Below, in pieces: positions 9,229-18,829 of a DNA stretch of 64,000 nt. The stretch comes from Clostridium sp. (GTDB lineage: Bacteria; Bacillota; Clostridia; Acetivibrionales; Acetivibrionaceae), in contig JAAZML010000056.1 of the NCBI GenBank assembly GCA_012798835.1, positions 1,496 to 65,495 of the forward strand, written 5' to 3'. Position numbers and translations under genes: made by a program. The notes beneath the pieces are model-generated. The model had not been told where the DNA came from. It saw only the letters and a program-made list of their open reading frames with translations, and made no database searches. Numbering within the stretch: the first letter of the stretch is position 1; every line of letters starts with the position of its first letter.

Positions 9229-11457
9229 ATGATTTTAAGAAAAGGGCAAAAAGAGCTAATCGAAAGGTATAGGGGAGGGTATTGTGCCATTCCGGCTATA
9301 CCAGGGGGGGGCAGGACATTTTCCTTGGCGATGTGGGCGGCAGAAATGATTATCCAGGGCTACCATAAGCCGGGGAAGATACTAATAGTCACTTACATGA
9401 ATAGTGCCGTGAGTAATTTTAAAAAACGTATTTCAGAGGAGCTTCAAACAAGGGGAATAGGCACCAATAAAGATTATTTTGTATCTACTATACATGGTTT
9501 ATGTCTTCAAATCATAAAGGAGAAACCCGATTTGGCTTTTTCTAGCGATGAATTCGAGGTTATTGATGGTGTTTTAAAAAATCGCATAATCTACGCAGCA
9601 GTTGGGGAATGGAAACGTCGTAATGAGAAGGCATTTAGGTTGTATTTAGATATTGATGGGTTTAGTAACAATAGAATTGGTGGGGTATACAAAAATTGGC
9701 AGGATAGTCTTTGTCGTATAATGCTTTCTGCAATAAGTGATTTTAAAATAAAGGGTATTACGCCCCGCAAGGCAAAGAAAATGTGCAGGGGGCTTGGGGC
9801 TTATTCCATTGCTTTTTGGGCATCCCAAATTTATGACATTTATGATAAAAAACTGAAGATGGGTGGTTTTTTAGATTTTGATGATATGCTCTATAAAGCC
9901 AAAAAAATGCTTTTGGAGGACGAACACCTTTTAGATAAATATCGTAGAAGATATTCTTTTGTATGTGAGGATGAGGCACAGGATTCAAACCTTATCCAAA
10001 CCGAAGTGCTAAATTTGATTGCCAATGGAAATTTGCTAAGGGTAGGAGATAGTAACCAGGCCATATGTGGCAGCTTTAGTAACAGTGATTTTACGTTGTT
10101 CAAGAGCTTTTGTGAACAGCCCAGTACAACGGTTTATAGCATAACTCAATCGAGCCGAAATACAAAAAACATTATAAATCTGGCCAACTATTTCGTAGAA
10201 TATGTAATAAATAAGCATCCCACTAAAGAATGCCGGGGAAGCCTTCTGCCCCAGTATATTGAGACCGTGGACGAACATGATACTTGTCCCAATCCCCGTA
10301 TAGATGAATATGGGATAGGGGCCACCGTTTACGAATCGTGGGAAGATGAGGTAAAGAATGTGATAACAAGGGCCTTTGATATGGTAAAAAAACATCCCCA
10401 AAAGACTATAGCAATACTTATCCCCAGTGCATGGAGAATGGCTTTTGCGGTGGATTATCTAGAAGCAAGGGGTATCCCCTATGAACAGCTTGATAACACC
10501 TCGGATGAAAAAAACAGGACTCTTAGAAAGATGGGAAGAGTTGTAGACTTTATAGCTACACCAGAAAAAAGAGGGAAACTTTGGGATATGATGTCCGAGT
10601 GTTTTTTAACGGATGTATATGACAAACCCACAAATGGCGATGAGGAAGATGGGAAAGAAAGAAAAGATCAAAGGGAACTCTTAAAATCTTTTCTAGAAAA
10701 ATATCCTGTTGAAAAACTTTTATATCCCATGGGGGGAGAAATTGAAACGGGTGATATCCCCCAAAAATTGCTGGGATCAAAAATATGGGGTGATTTTCTA
10801 GAACACTTGGGAAAAGTAAAAGAACTTTTGGAATTTCCAGATATTATAGTAGAAAAACTGATTCTCTATATATCTGAAAAACTAAAGTTTTGTAGGGAGG
10901 AGCGGGCCATAGCACAAAAGGTAGCCGGGGATATAAGATTTCTTGCCAATGGTGCTTCCAAATGGAGACTTAGCGATCTTGCACTGGAGCTTCTAAGACC
11001 TAAAAATATGTTTAATTATTTTGCTGGGGTTGTGTGGGATCTAAAAGGTTATGAGCCCAAACCAGGGGTTATTACCTTGGCAACATACCACAAGTCCAAA
11101 GGGTTGGAATGGGATATAGTGTTTTTGACATGTATTAATAATTCTGATTTTCCCGTTATGTTATCGGATAAATTCATAGGAGAATATTGGTTCCTAAAGG
11201 AAAGCCACAAAAATCCCCAGGCCATATTCAAAAAAGAAATGGGGAAGATCCTAAAAAATGAAACCGTGGGGGATCTGGTCAAGGAAGCTAGGCTGGAGAT
11301 TATCTCGGAAAGAGCCAGGCTTTTATATGTTGGGATTACAAGGGCGAAGGAATATTTATACTTATCTTCTTTTGAACAGAATAAGGGTAAAAGGAATGAA
11401 ACCCTGCCCTCAAGATATATTCTAGAATTGAAAAAATACATAGAGGAGGTCGGATAA
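9229..11457 (+). CDS. UvrD/Rep-type SF1 DNA helicase (Walker A Lys replaced by Arg)
   Basis: Motif I 'AIPGGGRTFSL', Ia 'TYMNSAVSNF', II 'FVCEDEAQDSN', III 'RVGDSNQAICG', IV 'QSSRNT', V 'TYHKSKGLEWDIVFL', VI 'LLYVGITRAKEYLYLS'. The ATG at 9229 is 18 nt after the upstream stop; the ORF track begins at TTG 9217. Confidence 0.85.
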   Translation: MILRKGQKELIERYRGGYCAIPAIPGGGRTFSLAMWAAEMIIQGYHKPGKILIVTYMNSAVSNFKKRISEELQTRGIGTNKDYFVSTIHGLCLQIIKEKPDLAFSSDEFEVIDGVLKNRIIYAAVGEWKRRNEKAFRLYLDIDGFSNNRIGGVYKNWQDSLCRIMLSAISDFKIKGITPRKAKKMCRGLGAYSIAFWASQIYDIYDKKLKMGGFLDFDDMLYKAKKMLLEDEHLLDKYRRRYSFVCEDEAQDSNLIQTEVLNLIANGNLLRVGDSNQAICGSFSNSDFTLFKSFCEQPSTTVYSITQSSRNTKNIINLANYFVEYVINKHPTKECRGSLLPQYIETVDEHDTCPNPRIDEYGIGATVYESWEDEVKNVITRAFDMVKKHPQKTIAILIPSAWRMAFAVDYLEARGIPYEQLDNTSDEKNRTLRKMGRVVDFIATPEKRGKLWDMMSECFLTDVYDKPTNGDEEDGKERKDQRELLKSFLEKYPVEKLLYPMGGEIETGDIPQKLLGSKIWGDFLEHLGKVKELLEFPDIIVEKLILYISEKLKFCREERAIAQKVAGDIRFLANGASKWRLSDLALELLRPKNMFNYFAGVVWDLKGYEPKPGVITLATYHKSKGLEWDIVFLTCINNSDFPVMLSDKFIGEYWFLKESHKNPQAIFKKEMGKILKNETVGDLVKEARLEIISERARLLYVGITRAKEYLYLSSFEQNKGKRNETLPSRYILELKKYIEEVG

Positions 11458-11459
11458 AG

Positions 11460-12293
11460 GTGTTAAAGGATTTACGCTTTGCTGATTATTTTTTATTCAC
11501 CCAGCATTCCCTGGAGACCTTTGAAAAATGTCCTCTTAAGTTCAAAAAAAGATATTTGGAGGGATTGAGATGGGAAAGCATTCTTGATGAGTCTATAAAG
11601 GAGCGTTTAGAAATAGGGAATAGTTTTCACCTGCTTGCGTATAGATATTTTTTGGGCATTGAGCCAGGACTAGAACCAGGTGTAAAAGCATATGACAAGC
11701 TCAGTAAATGGCTAAATACTCTCCAAACCCATTTTAAAAAGGAGGATAATGCATTATATTTGCCTGAATACAAGCTGAGGACGGCAAAAGGGAATCTGAG
11801 ACTAGAGGCAAATTTTGATCTTCTTATAGTTAGAGAAGGTAGTATAGAAATATGGGATTGGAAGACCCAAGGCGAAAGCACCGGGGACGCAGGGATAAAT
11901 GAAAGGTTGAGGGAAAGGAGATTGAGGGAAAGTTTGCAGTCCAAGGTGTATTTATTTGTATTGAGAGAACAGCTTAAAAGGGTTATTCAAAAAGGGAACG
12001 AAAATCCTCAAATAAAAATGTGTTATTGGCAGCCCGAACCTGCAAAAACTATAACTGAGATCGAATATAGTCAAGAATTACATGAAAATTTTACCGAACT
12101 TTTAGAAAGCAGAATAAATACAATTCTAGAATACGATTATAACAGGTTTGATAAAGAAATGTATAAAAAAAGTTGTAGAAGTTGCGAATTTAATTGGTTT
12201 TGCAACAATACGAAAGTCGATTATAAATCCGTGGAAGGGGATATTGATTTTTTAGACGGTCTATGCTGGGACGACATTGATGAGATTATTTGA
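11460..12293 (+). CDS. PD-(D/E)XK nuclease, Cas4/AddB-nuclease-like, with a 4-Cys iron-sulfur cluster signature
   Basis: N-terminal 'FEKCPLKFKKRYL' plus C-terminal 'CRSCEFNWFC' give C-Xn-C-X2-C-X5-C. Nuclease core 'NFDLLIV...IEIWDWKTQ'. The GTG start is 2 nt after the helicase stop, suggesting translational coupling. Confidence 0.8.
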   Translation: MLKDLRFADYFLFTQHSLETFEKCPLKFKKRYLEGLRWESILDESIKERLEIGNSFHLLAYRYFLGIEPGLEPGVKAYDKLSKWLNTLQTHFKKEDNALYLPEYKLRTAKGNLRLEANFDLLIVREGSIEIWDWKTQGESTGDAGINERLRERRLRESLQSKVYLFVLREQLKRVIQKGNENPQIKMCYWQPEPAKTITEIEYSQELHENFTELLESRINTILEYDYNRFDKEMYKKSCRSCEFNWFCNNTKVDYKSVEGDIDFLDGLCWDDIDEII

Positions 12294-12355
12294 GGTGAAT
12301 AGAGTTTGTTGTGGGTGTGTAGAAGGCAGGGGAAGCTTGGGAAAAGGGTGGTATA

Positions 12356-14647
12356 ATGGAAGTCAAAATAAATATATTAAATAGGGGAATAAAGCTTTCA
12401 AAACAGATACTAGATGCCTGTGGAGGGGATCGATTAGCAGGAAGAATACTTTATAACAGAGGATTTAAAGATCCTAGGACAATAAGGCAGATGCTTTGTG
12501 AGGGATTTTATCAACCCACCAGACCTGAGGAATTTCCCGACATGGAAAAGGCAGTGCGAAGGATAAATAAAGCTATTGATAAGGGTGAGAAAATATGTGT
12601 TTATGGAGATTATGATGTGGATGGGGTTACCGGTGTTGTAACAATAGTGGAATGCCTAAATACTTTTACAGATTCAGTTATTTATCATGTCCCTGATCGT
12701 TTTACCGAAGGCTATGGTATGAATGAAAATGTTGTCAGGAAGCTTAAACAACGCAGGGTTTCACTCATAATTACCTGTGATTGCGGGATTTCAAATGTCA
12801 AAGAAATAACCATAGCCAAAGAACTTGGAATGGATGTAATCTTGACGGATCACCACAGCGTTCCGGACGAACTGCCTCCAGCGGATGTGATATTGAACCC
12901 GAAACTTTTAGACAAGGAACATAGGGCAAGGAATATATGCGGCTGTGCTATGGCGTATTTTCTTTGTATGGCGCTTTTAGAAAGTCGGGGGATCGGGGAA
13001 CGGGCATTTGAGTTTTTGGATCTTGTGGCTTTATCGACGGTAGCCGATGTTGTTAGCCTAAGTGACGAGAACCGCCATCTTCTAAAAAAAGCACTTCCAG
13101 TCTTATTTAACACCGAAAGGCTGGGGCTTAGAATGTTGTTGGATTTAGTCGGGGGAAACGGAAAAGTCGATAACGAGGAGGATATCGCATTTGGGGTTGC
13201 GCCTAGAATAAATGCGGCTGGAAGGATGAAAACGGCATGTATTCCGGTGGAGCTTTTTTTATGCAAAGAAGAAAGCAAAGCCCGGGACATGGTGAAAGAA
13301 ATCGATTTACTTAATATGGAAAGAAAAAAGGTACAGCAGGAAATTATAGAACAGGCCAATGAGTTGGTGGAGACACAAAAAAAGAACAAGACGGTACTGG
13401 TGCTTTTCGGTGAACATTGGCACCATGGAATAATAGGAATAGCCGCAGGGAGGATATGTGAAGTTTACAAAAAGCCAGCCATTCTCCTTTCTGCAAAGGG
13501 AGATGGAGATACCCTTGTAGGTTCTGCCCGTTCCATTGAAGAAATAGATATATACAAACTGCTTGACGAATGTAGTGATAAACTCGCAAAGTTCGGCGGA
13601 CATCCGCAGGCAGCAGGGTTATCCCTAGACAGAAAAAACCTTGAAGATTTCACTTCTAAAATAGAAAGCATAGCAGAAAGCAGATATCATATAAAAGATA
13701 TAATAACCGTAAATGTTGATATGGAGTTCCCCATATCTGATATAACCGATGATTTTTACGAAAGGATCCGAGCTTTAGGGCCATATGGGGAAGGTTTTGA
13801 AGCACCCTGTCTGTATGCAAGGGATGTGAGGGTAATAAGCGATAGAAGAACTGAAAAAGATCATCACATAATGGTCCTTGAGGATGCAGCTGGTGGAAGG
13901 ATTTCTGCAGTAAAGTGGTTTGGACCGGCCAAATCCCTTGAGAAAAAGAATTTTGATATTGTTTATAAAGTTGGCAGAAACAAATACAACAAAGAAATGA
14001 ACCTCCAGCTTATCATAGAGTATATGATTGAGGGCTCACAAAAACCAAAGAGAATGTTTGACGGGAATATAGTAGATGAGAGGGGAGCGGGTATTGGAAA
14101 TATAGAAAAGAGGTATCCAGGGGCACAGCTATTTTATGAAGGCCCCAAATCCATGTGCAAATTAAATTCTACTGTAGATCGTTACTCTATAAAGGAATGT
14201 AGGGAGATTGTGTTTGTTTCGCCACCTGTTAATACGGCTATTTTCAGGGAAATAATTGCTCTTGCAAACCCCGTAACTATAGTATTGAATTTTTCGATTT
14301 TACCCGATTATGCTTTAGAAGGTTTTATTTTAAGCTTACTGGGAATAATAAAGCATGTAATAAAACACCAAGACGGCAGGGGTTCTATTAGGGAAATTTC
14401 CCTAAAACTTTGTGCAGAGGAGAGCATCGTAAGGGCGGCTCTAAAATTTTTAAAAGGCAGCGGTATGATAGACTATTCATTGAGCAAGGATGATCAAAGC
14501 TTATTTATATTCAAAGGAGAAGGCCCATCGGGTGAAAACCTTTTTGCTATCAAGCAGAATCTTTCTAATGCTCTTATGGAGAAAAAAGCTTATTTACAAT
14601 TTATACTAGATGCGAAATTGGAAAGATTTATAGAATATCTAAAATGA
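12356..14647 (+). CDS. recJ: RecJ-family single-stranded-DNA-specific 5'-3' exonuclease with a long C-terminal extension
   Basis: DHH motifs 'VYGDYDVDGVTG', 'ITCDCG' and 'LTDHH'. DHHA1 motif 'FGGHPQAAG'. An OB-like segment follows, then roughly 200 extra residues including a helix-turn-helix-like stretch 'GSIREISLKLCAEESIVRAALKFLKGSGMIDY'. Confidence 0.85.
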   Translation: MEVKINILNRGIKLSKQILDACGGDRLAGRILYNRGFKDPRTIRQMLCEGFYQPTRPEEFPDMEKAVRRINKAIDKGEKICVYGDYDVDGVTGVVTIVECLNTFTDSVIYHVPDRFTEGYGMNENVVRKLKQRRVSLIITCDCGISNVKEITIAKELGMDVILTDHHSVPDELPPADVILNPKLLDKEHRARNICGCAMAYFLCMALLESRGIGERAFEFLDLVALSTVADVVSLSDENRHLLKKALPVLFNTERLGLRMLLDLVGGNGKVDNEEDIAFGVAPRINAAGRMKTACIPVELFLCKEESKARDMVKEIDLLNMERKKVQQEIIEQANELVETQKKNKTVLVLFGEHWHHGIIGIAAGRICEVYKKPAILLSAKGDGDTLVGSARSIEEIDIYKLLDECSDKLAKFGGHPQAAGLSLDRKNLEDFTSKIESIAESRYHIKDIITVNVDMEFPISDITDDFYERIRALGPYGEGFEAPCLYARDVRVISDRRTEKDHHIMVLEDAAGGRISAVKWFGPAKSLEKKNFDIVYKVGRNKYNKEMNLQLIIEYMIEGSQKPKRMFDGNIVDERGAGIGNIEKRYPGAQLFYEGPKSMCKLNSTVDRYSIKECREIVFVSPPVNTAIFREIIALANPVTIVLNFSILPDYALEGFILSLLGIIKHVIKHQDGRGSIREISLKLCAEESIVRAALKFLKGSGMIDYSLSKDDQSLFIFKGEGPSGENLFAIKQNLSNALMEKKAYLQFILDAKLERFIEYLK

Positions 14648-14804
14648 TCCTGCTTGTCAGGAAAGCGGGTGCCCTATAATCTGTACCCGGATTGGGTCAG
14701 GAGGTGCAGATATAAAGCTATAGCAGTCCTCCAATTTGGATGCCAACATCTCACAAAAAATGGCATTTTAAATCGGACGTTGCAATAAAAAACGGGTATT
14801 TATG

Positions 14805-14833
14805 TTGAAAAATTACGGGGTTTGTGTTATAAT
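14805..14833 (+). promoter_or_regulatory. Sigma-A promoter of the pheST leader
   Basis: TTGAAA (14805-14810), 17-nt spacer, TGtTATAAT extended -10 (TATAAT at 14828-14833). Confidence 0.6.
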
Positions 14834-14840
14834 TTAAAAA

Positions 14841-15110
14841 AATTATACCAAAAGGCGATGACAGAAAGAGTAGATGATTTTAGCAGGTATAAGAGAGAGG
14901 GTGCCGCTGGCTGAGAGTATCCTCACAAAGGCAAATCATTGAAGTTCCTTCGAGAGCTGCATTTTTGAACACCTATTTGCGGTAATTAGAAAATGACGGT
15001 GGCAGACGTTACCTGCATAAAAGTGTCTATATACCAACATATATGGAAAAATGGGTGGTACCGCGCAGATTACCTTCGTCCCTTTGGCTTGGGAGGAGGT
15101 TTTTTTATTA
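14841..15110 (+). promoter_or_regulatory. T-box riboswitch leader (Phe specifier UUC) controlling pheS-pheT
   Basis: Stem I 5' side 'gcgatgacagaaagagtag' (GA motif, AGAGA and AGUA). Specifier region 'tgaagTTCcTTCgagag' at 14941-14957. T-box sequence 'aaatgggtggtaccgcg' at 15049-15065 with a UGGU bulge. Terminator 'cttcgtccctttggcttgggaggagg' plus 'ttttttt' at 15073-15107. Confidence 0.9.
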
Positions 15111-15212
15111 TTGGGATTTCCCTAGCCAAAATCAATTTTAACAATGATTATTTAGATTGTGATGACAGGATTATTTACTTACAATACGGATTTTTAAGGA
15201 GGAATATAGGGC

Positions 15213-16232
15213 ATGAAAGAGCAGTTAGACAGTATTAGAATGCGGGCAGAGCAAGAGCTTTCTAATGTTGAAACTATCCCCGATCTGGAGGAAATAAGAG
15301 TTAGGTATTTAGGAAAGAAGGGGGAATTAACAACAGTATTAAGGGGCATGGGTGGATTAAATCCAGAGGAACGGCCAATAATAGGGCAGCTAGCAAACAA
15401 AGTGAGGACGTTTCTTGAATCCAAAATGGAGGATACCCGGGATAGGCTTTCAAGAAAGGAAAGAATGAATAGACTTGAAAAAGAAGTTATTGATGTCACG
15501 ATGCCGGGTACGAGAAAAGAGATTGGGCGAAAACACCCTTTGAGCATTGTGCTCGATGAGATAAGTGAGGTCTTTATCGGTATGGGCTATGAGATTGCAG
15601 AGGGTCCGGAGATCGAATTAGATTATTATAATTTTGAGGCACTTAATATACCCAAGGATCACCCTGCAAGGGATGTGCAGGATACTTTTTATATAAACGA
15701 AAATATACTTTTGAGGACACAGACTTCGCCGGTCCAAATTAGGGTAATGGAAAATCAAAAGCCACCTATCAAAATAATTTGTCCCGGCAGGGTCTACCGT
15801 TCCGATAGTGTCGATGCTACCCATTCCCCCATTTTTCACCAGGTTGAAGGACTTGTTGTAGACAAGGGCATCACAATGGGGGATTTGATCGGGACACTTA
15901 AACTTTTTGCGAAGACGCTTTTTGGTGAAAATACGGATATCAGATTAAGACCCCATCATTTCCCATTCACCGAACCCAGTGCGGAGGTTGATGTTTCATG
16001 CTGGGCTTGTGGGGGTACTGGGTGCAAGGTATGTAAAAATGAGGGGTGGATAGAAATTTTAGGGGCGGGAATGGTTCATCCCAGGGTTCTTAAAATTTGT
16101 GGTATTGATCCTGATGTATATACTGGCTTTGCTTTTGGTCTGGGGGTTGAAAGGACAGCTATGGGTAGATTTAATATAGATGATATGAGGCTTTTATATG
16201 AAAATGATATTCGGTTTTTAAAGCAATTTTAG
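15213..16232 (+). CDS. pheS: Phenylalanine--tRNA ligase alpha subunit
   Basis: '[12 protein letters not shown]...HPLSIV...[20 protein letters not shown]...[12 protein letters not shown]...GRVYR...FHQVEG...[15 protein letters not shown]...[13 protein letters not shown]'. 339 aa. RBS 'aaggagg'. Confidence 0.97.
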   Translation: MKEQLDSIRMRAEQELSNVETIPDLEEIRVRYLGKKGELTTVLRGMGGLNPEERPIIGQLANKVRTFLESKMEDTRDRLSRKERMNRLEKEVIDVTMPGTRKEIGRKHPLSIVLDEISEVFIGMGYEIAEGPEIELDYYNFEALNIPKDHPARDVQDTFYINENILLRTQTSPVQIRVMENQKPPIKIICPGRVYRSDSVDATHSPIFHQVEGLVVDKGITMGDLIGTLKLFAKTLFGENTDIRLRPHHFPFTEPSAEVDVSCWACGGTGCKVCKNEGWIEILGAGMVHPRVLKICGIDPDVYTGFAFGLGVERTAMGRFNIDDMRLLYENDIRFLKQF

Positions 16233-16366
16233 GATCCCAAATCAAAAATCGCCCTAAGATATTTATTGAAAAATATACAGATATAAAAGCAGATAATGGT
16301 ATTGATTTGGGACTATTAGAGAACTCTCTTATATAAGTAAAGATATGGGAAGGAGAAGTGTTTAAT

Positions 16367-18757
16367 ATGAAAGTACCGATTGGATGGCTTGGGGATTATG
16401 TCGATATAAATTTGGATACTAAGGGGTTGGCAGATGCCATGACCTTATCCGGCTCCAAGGTTGAAGGAATAGAGTCCTTGGGGGAAGATATTAGCCAGGT
16501 GGTGGTAGGCAGAATTTTAAGCCTTGGAGGGCATCCGGATGCTGATAGGCTGCAGATCGCGAAGGTAGATGTGGGTGATGATGTAATACAGATAGTAACT
16601 GGTGCAAAAAACATTACTGTTGGGGATTGTGTACCCATAGCATTGGTAGGTGCCACTCTTTCAGGCGGAATAAAAATATCAAAAGGGAAATTAAGGGGTG
16701 TTGAATCTTTTGGAATGATGTGTTCAATAGAAGAATTGGGTCTTTGCAGGCACGATTTCCCTGATGCCCCTGAAGATGGCGTATATATTCTTAACAATAC
16801 AGATCAACCAGGCATGGATATAAAAGGTATACTGGGAATGGACGAAGAAACCATAGAATTTGAAATTACTTCAAACAGACCCGATTGCCTTAGCGTAATA
16901 GGTCTTGCAAGAGAGGCGGCCGCTACTTTGGGGACTAGCTTTAAAAAACCCATTGTTAGCCTAAGGGAAGAAGCGGATGATGCTTCAAAGTATATTGCGG
17001 TTGAAATACAGGATAAAGATCTTTGTGAAAGATATACAGCCAGGGTTGTAAAAAATGTTCGAATTGCCCCTTCACCAAGGTGGATGAGGAACAGATTGAA
17101 AGCTTCGGGCATAAGGCCAATAAACAATATAGTGGATATAACAAACTATGTTATGCTAGAGTACGGACAGCCAATGCATGCTTACGATATCAGGGATATA
17201 AAGGATAATAAGATTGTTGTAAGAAGAGCAAAAGACGGCGAAATAATAAAAACACTTGACGATCAAGAGAGGATACTCGATCCGGCAACACTTGTGATTG
17301 CTGATGGAGAAAGAACGATTGGGGTAGCTGGTGTTATGGGTGGTGCTAATACAGAGGTTAGGGAGGACACAAATACGATAGTTTTCGAGTCGGCAAATTT
17401 CAACGGTTCCGCTATAAGACTTGCAGCAAAAAAGCTTGGAATGAGAACGGAGGCCTCGGGGCGCTTTGAAAAGGGATTGGATGTGGAAAACGTTCATACA
17501 GCAATTAACAGAGCAGCTGAGCTGGTGGAGCAGCTTGGTGTTGGTACTGTCTGTAAAGGTGTAATAGACTGTTATGAAAAGAGGAAGGGAAAAAGAAGCA
17601 TAAAGCTAAGACCGAGCAAAATAAATGAGCTTTTGGGGACCAATATAAAAAAAGATAAAATGATTGATATATTAAATATGCTCGAATTTAGGGTGGAACG
17701 GGACGATATGCTTATTGATATACCATCTTTTAGGGATGATATAGAATTGGAAGCGGATATAGCAGAGGAAATAGCAAGATTTTATGGCTACAACAATATA
17801 GAGCCTACTCTTTTGTCTGGAAAGGCGGCAACCCTAGGAAGAAGGACACCGGAGCAGCGTATTGAAAATTTAATAAAAAATACAATGATATCCTGTGGTT
17901 TGTCGGAAATATATACTTATTCGTTTACCAGCCCCAAAGTATTTGAAAAGCTCAATTTAGAAAAAGATAACGGGTTCCGCAATGCTATATTTATCTCAAA
18001 TCCGTTGGGTGAGGACTACAGCGTGATGAGAACCACAACCATCCCAAGCATGCTTAGTGTTATCAGCACTAATTACAACAGACGAACTGAAAGTGGAAGT
18101 TTTTTTGAAATATCCAATGTGTATATACCCAAAAAATTGCCACTGCATGAATTGCCTCATGAAAAACCTCAGCTTACCATTGGTATGTATGGTGAAACTG
18201 ATTTTTATGTTTTAAAAGGGATAGTAGAGGAGTTATTATTAGGTATTGGGGTTGAAAACTATGATATTTTACCCGAAAGGAAAAATGTTATATTTCACCC
18301 CGGCAGGACGGCAATACTAAACATTAAAGACGAACCTGCTGGTATTATTGGTGAGATTCATCCGGAGGTAGCCGAAAAATTTGGTTGCCCACAAAGAACC
18401 TATATAGGAATACTAGAGGTCGAAAGCTTGATCAAAAACACTTCGTTAAAGCCTGAATATTATCCCCTTCCCAAATTTCCTGCAGTTACAAGGGATATGG
18501 CTCTTATCGTAAGGGATGATATATTAGTTAAACAAATCGAAGATATAATCAGGCAAAGGGCAGGGAAAATTCTTGAGGAAATAAGGCTATTTGATGTTTA
18601 CAAGGGTAAACAAGTAGCTGAAGGCATGAAGAGTGTTGCATATTCCATAACTTTCCGGGCGGCTGATAAAACTTTAACCGATAAAGAGGTAAATAAGGCA
18701 ATGGCCAAAATTCTTCATGGAATAAAAACAAATCTCGGCGCTGAGCTTAGGGAGTAA
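16367..18757 (+). CDS. pheT: Phenylalanine--tRNA ligase beta subunit
   Basis: 'MKVPIGWLGDYVD' N-terminus, then tRNA-binding, B3/4, B5 and FDX-ACB regions ('EITSNRPDCLSVIGLAREAAA', 'GVMGGANTEV', 'SITFRAADKTLTDKEV'). The ATG at 16367 has correct spacing from 'ggaaggag'; the ORF track GTG at 16358 is too close to the RBS. Confidence 0.95.
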   Translation: MKVPIGWLGDYVDINLDTKGLADAMTLSGSKVEGIESLGEDISQVVVGRILSLGGHPDADRLQIAKVDVGDDVIQIVTGAKNITVGDCVPIALVGATLSGGIKISKGKLRGVESFGMMCSIEELGLCRHDFPDAPEDGVYILNNTDQPGMDIKGILGMDEETIEFEITSNRPDCLSVIGLAREAAATLGTSFKKPIVSLREEADDASKYIAVEIQDKDLCERYTARVVKNVRIAPSPRWMRNRLKASGIRPINNIVDITNYVMLEYGQPMHAYDIRDIKDNKIVVRRAKDGEIIKTLDDQERILDPATLVIADGERTIGVAGVMGGANTEVREDTNTIVFESANFNGSAIRLAAKKLGMRTEASGRFEKGLDVENVHTAINRAAELVEQLGVGTVCKGVIDCYEKRKGKRSIKLRPSKINELLGTNIKKDKMIDILNMLEFRVERDDMLIDIPSFRDDIELEADIAEEIARFYGYNNIEPTLLSGKAATLGRRTPEQRIENLIKNTMISCGLSEIYTYSFTSPKVFEKLNLEKDNGFRNAIFISNPLGEDYSVMRTTTIPSMLSVISTNYNRRTESGSFFEISNVYIPKKLPLHELPHEKPQLTIGMYGETDFYVLKGIVEELLLGIGVENYDILPERKNVIFHPGRTAILNIKDEPAGIIGEIHPEVAEKFGCPQRTYIGILEVESLIKNTSLKPEYYPLPKFPAVTRDMALIVRDDILVKQIEDIIRQRAGKILEEIRLFDVYKGKQVAEGMKSVAYSITFRAADKTLTDKEVNKAMAKILHGIKTNLGAELRE

Positions 18758-18829
18758 AAAGCTTTATTATTGGTGGTTTTAAAAGCTGCTATACGCAGAT
18801 TTAATAATATAGAAATTGGAGGTTTCTTT

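Noticed and set aside
14993-15238. 81-aa ORF upstream of pheS
   Set aside because: It lies entirely within the T-box leader, spanning the T-box sequence and terminator. The structure explains the sequence.
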